Source of the DNA: Octopus sinensis
Taxonomy: Eukaryota
Direction: 5' to 3'
Length of the DNA stretch: 64,000 nucleotides
NCBI RefSeq assembly: GCF_006345805.1
Contig: NC_042997.1
Span: 68,262,001 to 68,326,000, forward strand
Numbering within the stretch: position 1 is the stretch's first letter; the number at the start of each line of letters is the position of its first letter. The notes beneath the pieces are model-generated. The model made no database searches. It was not told the origin of the DNA and saw nothing but the letters and a program-made list of their open reading frames with translations. Of this stretch, positions 56,790 through 64,000 are shown piece after piece. The translations under genes were made by a program, and so were the position numbers.

Positions 56790-57520
56790 ACAAGACTCAG
56801 CAAACTCACCTAGGTTTTTTCACCAGTCCTTTTCACCCCGCGCACAAATAAGGCGTTCCCACACCATTACACAAAATATGTACAGTATCCAATGCAAAAG
56901 ACATCACGTCCCAATTCTTACACTATTCTTCACTCTCTGTTGAATAAGCACTGTAACACTACTTAAATTACATTAAAACCTGGTTCCAGAGCAACATGCT
57001 TAAAGTAGCACCTAGTAAGTGTACTGCTTTTTTTTATATAGGAACTCATATACAACTATCACACTCAACAGCAAAAACATTCCCCTCAGATCGAAATAAA
57101 ATATTGGCAAATACACACAAACTCACCAAAATATTCACATCATGCACTGAAGATTTAATAAAGAAATACTTGGAGAAAGCAGAAAGAATTTAACAATGAT
57201 GTACAAACAAATAAACCATATTAAACTTAACTGGGCACTCAATCACGTCACAATAAACTACGAACACAGAGCATTGCAAGACGCTGGTTGTACACAGCCA
57301 ACAGCCGCAGACCAGCATCTAGACGAAATAAAAATACTCAAGCTGCAAGACCAACAAAACTTGTAAAATACCGAATTCATTGCAACAGAGATACACAGGC
57401 AACAATGACAACACTTATCCCAAACAAAAATAAATACAGAAACACACACATATTTCCAATATCATTTGCCTCGCTCGACCCCAAATACTTTGCAGGGATA
57501 CATCCTATCAAAAATACTTA
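56790..57520 (+). pseudogene. Possible highly decayed Penelope-like RT/linker remnant
   Basis: A/C-rich strand bias and the peptide HPAH...KICTVSN, reminiscent of the PLE RT C-terminus. No intact motif. Confidence 0.3.
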
Positions 57521-58647
57521 TGGATAAGCAGCAACTGTCATGCTCCGACGGAATTCCCTTTATTTGTGTCTACTGTTATATCGCCAGTATTTACAGACAT
57601 AGATATAGATTGTATATTAGAGAGAGTGCAATATGTCCAAATAATCACACTGCATTCCATTAGATTCATCATTGCATATTGTAATGTGCAGCAAGTTCAT
57701 TCAAGCAGACGGAGATTTTGTATAACGGGGAAATTGGATATATGGGTCATTTGGCTGATTGTGTTATAGGACTTCTCGATCGGCGCTGATCTGGGGCTGC
57801 ACTTCAACAACCATAATAATATAACTGCTATGCTATAAGCACCAGCACAAACGGCAGCTCAAACATCAACATCAGCACCTGCGCTACCAGTATCAGCAGC
57901 ATCACCACCACTACCACTTGTCTGTTCAATCATTGTATGTCCACTCATCTATTCATTCGCTGTCATTCGTTGCCTGTTCATACGTTGTCTTCTTACTGGT
58001 CTGTTTGTTTACTCGTGTACCAGTTCGCACGTCTGCTTAGTCTTGTATGTTCATTCGTTTAGCTAGTTGCCTGTTCATTTGTTGCTTGCTCATATATTAA
58101 ATCCTCATTGTCTGTTTACTCGTTCCTCGTTTCATTATTGCCTTTGCTTTCCTTAAATGTTCACCCATTGCCTATACATTTGTATGTCGATCGCTCGTCT
58201 CTTGTTTGTCAACTCGCTGTCAGTATGCTTGTCATATAAAACTTTCGACAAATTTAAAAGAATATTATTTAATTTTCTGATATTTTGTTTCGTATTTGCT
58301 AAACAACAACAGCGCTGTTTGTAAGATGTTTAGTTAACAAGTAATTCAAATTTTATTTGCATTACATTTTTGATTTGTAAAGGTACATGCGACAGGAAAC
58401 CAAAGATTAATGCAAATAAAATCTGCATTACTTTCTGACTCTTCCTCGGAGAGTTCCAGCAATCCAATTACTGGCTCACTGCATTTCTGGTAGTGATAGC
58501 AACAATGGTGGGTTTGAATGACTATAGTTGGATGTAGACAGGTTATCACAAAAATTACACCCAGAAATCATCAGTTAGCGGGTTTCTCGTTAAGATTTAC
58601 AACTTTGTCCGTCATATGCCAGCAAAGAATGCACGCCATTATATATA

Positions 58648-59906
58648 CAAGGGTTAGACAAGATGATGGAAACACATTAAAATTTCAAACACATTTATTT
58701 TAATATGGGGTAGGACCGCCTTTGGCAGTTATTACAGCTTGAATTCTATGGGGTATGGAATCGTATAAAGCTTGAATTGTTTCCAAAGGAAGTTTCATCC
58801 ATTCTTCAGCTAAAACAGTCTCCAGTTCTTGTAGTGATGGCGGTGGAGGATATCGACTCCTTACTTGTTTTTCGAAAATGCATCATAAATATTCAATAAT
58901 ATTGAGATCTGGGGCCTGTGATAACCAGATACGATCTTCAACTTCACTAGAATGTTCCTCATGCCATTCAGTAACAACTTTAGCTGTGTGAATTGGTGAA
59001 TTATCATCCTGAAAGATTGCGTTTCCCTCCGGAAACATTTCTGCAACCATAGGATGAATTTCGTTAGATAAAGTGCTTAAATAGTCTTGACTATTAATTC
59101 TGCTATGAAGGGAAACCATTGGGCAGGCGGATTTCCAAGATACAGACCCCCGGATCATCACATATCCTCCTCCATGTTTAACAGTTGGGTCAAATGCTTC
59201 TTATGGCTGTCTCCAGACATATACTCGGCCGGTGGTCGGAAATTAGGTAAAGATAACTCGCCCGAGAGTCATTCTTCCACTGCTCTAGAGACCAATTCTG
59301 TAGGTTTTTACTCCACTCTAAACGCTTTGCAACGTTTCTTTTTGAACTTAGTGGTTTTCTGATTGCTGCCCTCCCGTGAAATCCGGCTTTGTGCAGCTCC
59401 CGGCGAACAGTTTTTGTGGAAACTGGGTTTTCGAGGTGGTCATTAAGCTCTGCCGTAATTTTGGGAGCTGTATTTTTGTGATCCTTTCTAACAATTCACG
59501 TAAGAGTCCGACGGTCCCTATCTGAAAGTTTTGGTTTTCTTCAGGAGTTTTGTTTCGACAAGGAATTTTTTTCCCTGTTTCTCAAAGGCTGTCATTATTT
59601 TCCAGACAGTACGTCTTGATACAGCAAACGTTTCGGCTGTTTTCGTTACGCTAGCGCCTGCCATATGACTACGAACAATTTGACAATTTGATCTCTTTGG
59701 AAGTCCGTTAGATCTGTCATTTTAATGAATTTTAATTACCTTTTTCTGGTGATATCTGAAAAGAAACAGCAATTTTAGCAAAGCGTATTAAGCAACACTT
59801 ATAATGAATAAAAAAAAACATAAAAATAAAGCTTTTGACGGTTATATAGCTATTTCAAAATTATGATGCTTTGATGCCAGGTGTTTCCATTATTTTGACC
59901 AACCCT

Positions 59907-59908
<2 letters not shown>
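58648..59908 (-). mobile_element. Tc1-like DNA transposon with DD36E spacing, both TIRs, TA target
   Basis: 28-bp TIRs CAAGGGTT(A/G)G(A/T)CAA(G/A)AT(G/A)ATGGAAACAC flanked by TA. Start MTDLTDFQR at 59720; GASVTKTAETFAVSR (HTH); FQDDNSPIH...APDLNIIE. The ORF is disrupted. Confidence 0.92.
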
Positions 59909-59941
<33 letters not shown>

Positions 59942-60170
59942 TTTTTATCTCAGTCTTTGGCATAGGCAATGCTGATGCTCTGTCTTGAAGAGTTTTAGTT
60001 GAACGAATCGACCTCAATACTTATTAATTTTAGCCTGGTACTTATTCTATGCCGAAACCAGTAATTTGTGGAGATCTAAGAGATGTAGACGAACCAACAC
60101 AATTTACCAAGAGGTGGTGGAGGACAAACATAAAAAAGACACACACACACACACACACACACATACACAT

Positions 60171-60202
<32 letters not shown>

Positions 60203-60501
60203 TAAGTACATAATTATAAAAATATAATTATAATTAAGGGCGCTGGAATGCCAGTGCCTATACGCTAGAAGGAAATGTCAAATACCTACCATCCACTCTA
60301 AATTTATTCTCTATTATGACCCAAGGTTGAATGCGAGGTAACGAGCAAGAAGATTTACAAAATTTCGGATAATCCTATATCTTAAGATTCATGCTATGTA
60401 ATAAAGATAACTTTACACTCCTCAGTAGAGATATACCGACAATATACAGGCGAAAAGTACATATACATACTGATAACTTTTTGCGTACAGATACCAATAT
60501 A

Positions 60502-60786
60502 CATTATTTACATTATTTACATTTTACGGGTACTTGTTCTCATCTTGTTTGTTGTTAATACAACGTTTCGGCTGATATACCCTCCTGCCTTCATCAGGTG
60601 CCATGGGGAAATACCTTACAAATAAGAACCCAGGTTCGACATTTCCCCAAGACACCTGATGCAGGCTGGAAGTTATATCAGCCGAAAGTTTGCGTTAACA
60701 ACAAACAAGATGAGAGCAAATATCCGTCAAATGTAAATAATGTAAATAAGGTTCCATAATTCCTCATCTCTTAAATATAGAACTGT
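60502..60786. mobile_element. Foldback element with a hammerhead motif in each arm, a one-sided tail and a 13-bp TSD
   Basis: Arms at ~60502-60612 and ~60641-60750; tail to 60786. AGATACCAATATA occurs at 60489-60501 and 60787-60799. Confidence 0.85.
60559..60600 (-). ncRNA. Minimal hammerhead motif
   Basis: CAC-CTGATGA-A-GGCAG-GAGGGTATAT-CAGCC-GAAA-CG-TT-GTA, with a palindromic ACGT stem III. The mirror copy at 60653-60694 (+) has core mutations but an intact GGCTG/CAGCC stem II. Confidence 0.7.
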
Positions 60787-61089
60787 AGATACCAATATAT
60801 CCATCATTTCCCGAAATTTTGTAAATCTTCTTGCTCATTACTTCGCATTTGACCTTGGGTTATAAAGAGAGAAAATATTTAGAGTGGATTATATGTATTT
60901 GACATCTACTTCTAGCGTATAGGCGCTGGCATTCTCGCGCCCTTAATTATAATTATATTTTTCATACTTATATACCATATCGGTAAAAATTATTTTTACC
61001 GATATGGTTGTTTTTATACGCTAGCCACTGATACAATCATTTTAATGATTATACCCTCAATTTATTAGTATATATATAATATATATATA

Positions 61090-61735
61090 GCGTCGACTTC
61101 TTTCAGTTTCGTTTGGTCGACCAGTGCTAGAGTAGAAGACATTTGCTCAGGGTAACACGCTGTAGGACTGAACCTGGCAGAGAGTGGTTGAGAAGCAAAC
61201 TTCTTCCTACGCGCGTTAATGCATATAAGTGTATGTGCATACACACACGTACACACACATACATCTGTTTATGTATTCATGTTGTTATATACATACATAT
61301 GTGTGCATCTATGTATACACACGGCCATATGCACAGTCGATGTTCAAGGACACCAGAATACAAAGTAGTCTTTATATTAATTCTTCAGATATTTGCAGAA
61401 TATATATATATATATATATATATAGCGTCGACTTCTTTCAGTTTCGTTTGGTCGACCAGTGCTAGAGTAGAAGACATTTGCTCAGGGTAACACGCTGTAG
61501 GACTGAACCTGGCAGAGAGTGGTTGAGAAGCAAACTTCTTCCTACGCGCGTTAATGCATATAAGTGTATGTGCATACACACACGTACACACACATACATC
61601 TGTTTATGTATTCATGTTGTTATATACATACATATGTGTGCATCTATGTATACACACGGCCATATGCACAGTCGATGTTCAAGGACACCAGAATACAAAG
61701 TAGTCTTTATATTAATTCTTCAGATATTTGCAGAA
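61090..61735. repeat. Exact tandem duplication, 335-bp period, bounded by (TA)n
   Basis: 61090-61400 is repeated at 61425-61735. Confidence 0.95.
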
Positions 61736-61738
61736 TAT

Positions 61739-61841
<103 letters not shown>

Positions 61842-62382
61842 AACATTATAATGCCTTGCAATAGTTTCTATGTAATACATATATTACATAGAAATATAAA
61901 TCATTATTAAAAAATGATTTTATCATATTAATAAAAATATATAATTATATAAATGGAGACAGAAAAATATTATATGGCCTGGAAGCTACATTACACACAC
62001 ACAGTTAAATGCACACATATATATGTATGCACTCTGTAACACACAAGGAACGCGCGCACACACATATATATATGTGTGTGTGTGTACGTGCATGTGTATG
62101 AATGTATGTATGTACGTGTGAGGTCGCACGCGCTTGTTTGTGTATGCGTGTGTGTGTCTGTCTGTTGGTGTGTTTACGTACCGTAACTTAGCGGTGTGTA
62201 CTTTTAAAGTACCAAGCTTTAAAAAAAAAGCACTGGAATCAATTTATTCGACTTAAAACATTCAATCTAATGATTGAAACACATAGTATGAAAAACATAG
62301 AGACATCGATGTTTATCTTAGTGTAAAGAAATTAAAAGTGCAAAAGAAATGTTTAGCTACTTTTAATATTTTGCCTGTCCAA

Positions 62383-62596
62383 GACGGCGAGCTGGCAGAT
62401 TTGTTAGCACGTCGGGCAAAATGCTTAGCGGCATTTCGTACGTCTTCACCTTCAGGGTTCAAATTCCGCCGAAGCCGACTTCGCCTTTCATCCTTCCGTG
62501 GATAACTAAAATAAGTATCAGTTGAGCACTGAGGTCGATCTAATCGATTCACGCTTCCACCGAAATTGCTGACCTCGTGCCAAAATCTAAAATCAG
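62383..62596 (+). mobile_element. SINE family 2 with probable TSD
   Basis: A box TGGCAGATTTG and B box GGTTCAAATTCC. TATTTTGCCT lies on both sides (62367 and 62597). Confidence 0.85.
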
Positions 62597-63539
62597 TATT
62601 TTGCCTACTTATGAATCACATATGACGCACAAAGTATATTTCCCTAGCGTCCATACATCACATATGATACATATTTCCAATTACATTCGACTACAAGAAT
62701 AACTTGGGGTTTATATTACTCAGAATATATGAATGAAGAGTTAACTTAAAGTCTGAAAACAAACGTGGACGCATCGGACAAACCTATGAAAATGTTTTGG
62801 ACTGGTAACGGATTAAAATCTGTAAATTTTTTTTAAGTGTGTGTGTGGTGGGGTAGGTAAAGTTCTATATATATCTTGTTCTAGATCATCAAAATATGCC
62901 TGATGCAATCCACTGTTGAAAGAAAAGTATTTGAAATGTTCTTAAAGTAATCTGATATTCGAAAGTTTATCATCATCACTGTAGATTAAAATTTTGGCAC
63001 CGTTAAAAATCATAGAGTATATTATCTTATATCATTGCATATATGTATAAAACATCTGACTCTTATACATAAAAATCCATAATGTATTAGTGCCTGATAC
63101 TTTGCTAAAACAAAATCGCCGTTATCTAAGGTATTGACGCCAGAATACTTAGCACTTTGCACACTGTAAAATGAACTTTTAGGTCATATGTTACTTTGTC
63201 TAGTAACCTTAATTTCGGGTTAATCAACCCTTGAAAGAACTGAATTAGGCAGAGTTAGCACATATATCATTACCGTGTAATACTTAAAATATTAAACGTA
63301 ATTTCTCCTCTATTATGGAATAAGAGAACTTCAACAATGAAACAGTTTAACAGGATTAACCACAATCAACTACAAATTTAATTAGTCTTGTATTATATCA
63401 ACTTTTCCTCCGCCTAAATCATCACACTAGTTAGTATATTTGAGATTAAGATAATTTTTTCCCGCAAAATAAATCGTTTTACTGTATTTTTGTCTTCGTA
63501 AGTTAATTCGGACTCGGAGAGCAGAATGAGAGAGGAGAG

Positions 63540-64000
63540 CAATTCGTCATCATACCAGAGGCGAAAAGGCTTTACTTCAGGAACAACCTATTGAAGAAGA
63601 TGGAGAAGAGATGAACCTGGATAGCACCGAACGCAAGGGACCGAAACGACGTCGGCTACATCTTGGTAATGTTGCAAAACGTCTCAGTTGTAGCGCTGTT
63701 CAACACAGGAAGCAACAACCGCCTTGTGCATGTGAAGATTGTGCTGGATAAGATCAGGGATAAGACACTGCATTAAACGTCGGGGGAACAGCGCGTGAAT
63801 ATTGTGGGTAAAGTAAAGCTGATGAAAAAGGGCAAAACACCGTGCAGCGACGATATAACATCCAAAATGCTGCATGCTGGCGGTGAGCAGCTGTAACCAA
63901 TGGAAAGAGTCGAATATCATTCTTTCGGACAAGAAGTGTGATCGGGAAGATCTCATGAACTATCGTCCAATATACCTCCTGTCTCAGATATGTAAAATGT
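63540..64000 (+). pseudogene. Decayed RTE-type LINE reverse transcriptase, running off the window end
   Basis: MKKGKTPCSDDI (~63823), then WKESNIILSDKKCDREDLMNYRPIYLLSQICKM (63901-63999), matching the conserved K-GD--D--NYRPISLL block. The 5' boundary is approximate. Confidence 0.8.

Larger units (their letters stand above)
60218..60962. repeat. Diverged ~150-bp inverted repeat (outer foldback element)
   Basis: 60218-60368 pairs with 60811-60962. A one-sided extension to ~61068 contains the hairpin ACCATATCGGTAAAAAT-T-ATTTTTACCGATATGGT. Confidence 0.85.
59940..61215 (-). mobile_element. SINE family 1 split by nested foldback elements
   Basis: 3' half at ~59940-60180 and 5' half at ~61088-61215, with an insertion in the central (TA)n. 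Confidence 0.65.

Noticed and set aside
57918-58235. Cryptic TTG(C/T)CTGTTCA-type periodicity
   Set aside because: Looks like an old decayed minisatellite; no consistent period or structure could be established by eye.

Overview
Repeat-saturated, AT-rich animal genomic DNA with no intact protein-coding gene. Nearly all ORFs in the track are translations of microsatellites. The SINE families and microsatellite load suggest an octopus (coleoid cephalopod) genome; this is inferred from pattern recognition, not from a search. The window holds decayed transposons of many classes: an L1/Tx1-type LINE, an R4/Dong-type RLE LINE fragment, an RTE-type LINE fragment, a Helitron helicase plus two non-autonomous Helitron-like elements, a pogo/Tigger, a DD37D-like mariner and a DD36E Tc1 element. 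It also holds four tRNA-derived SINE families. The most notable signals are: (1) several unrelated non-coding foldback elements carrying minimal type-I hammerhead ribozyme motifs of the Penelope-like kind, including a three-hammerhead double palindrome at 11.8-12.4 kb; (2) two non-LTR families that appear to target specific tetranucleotide microsatellites, (TATC)n for the Tx1 element and possibly (TACA)n for the R4/Dong element; (3) repeated use of one SINE's internal microsatellite as an insertion site; (4) a candidate recursive splice site and microexons on the + strand, hinting that the window lies within very long introns.
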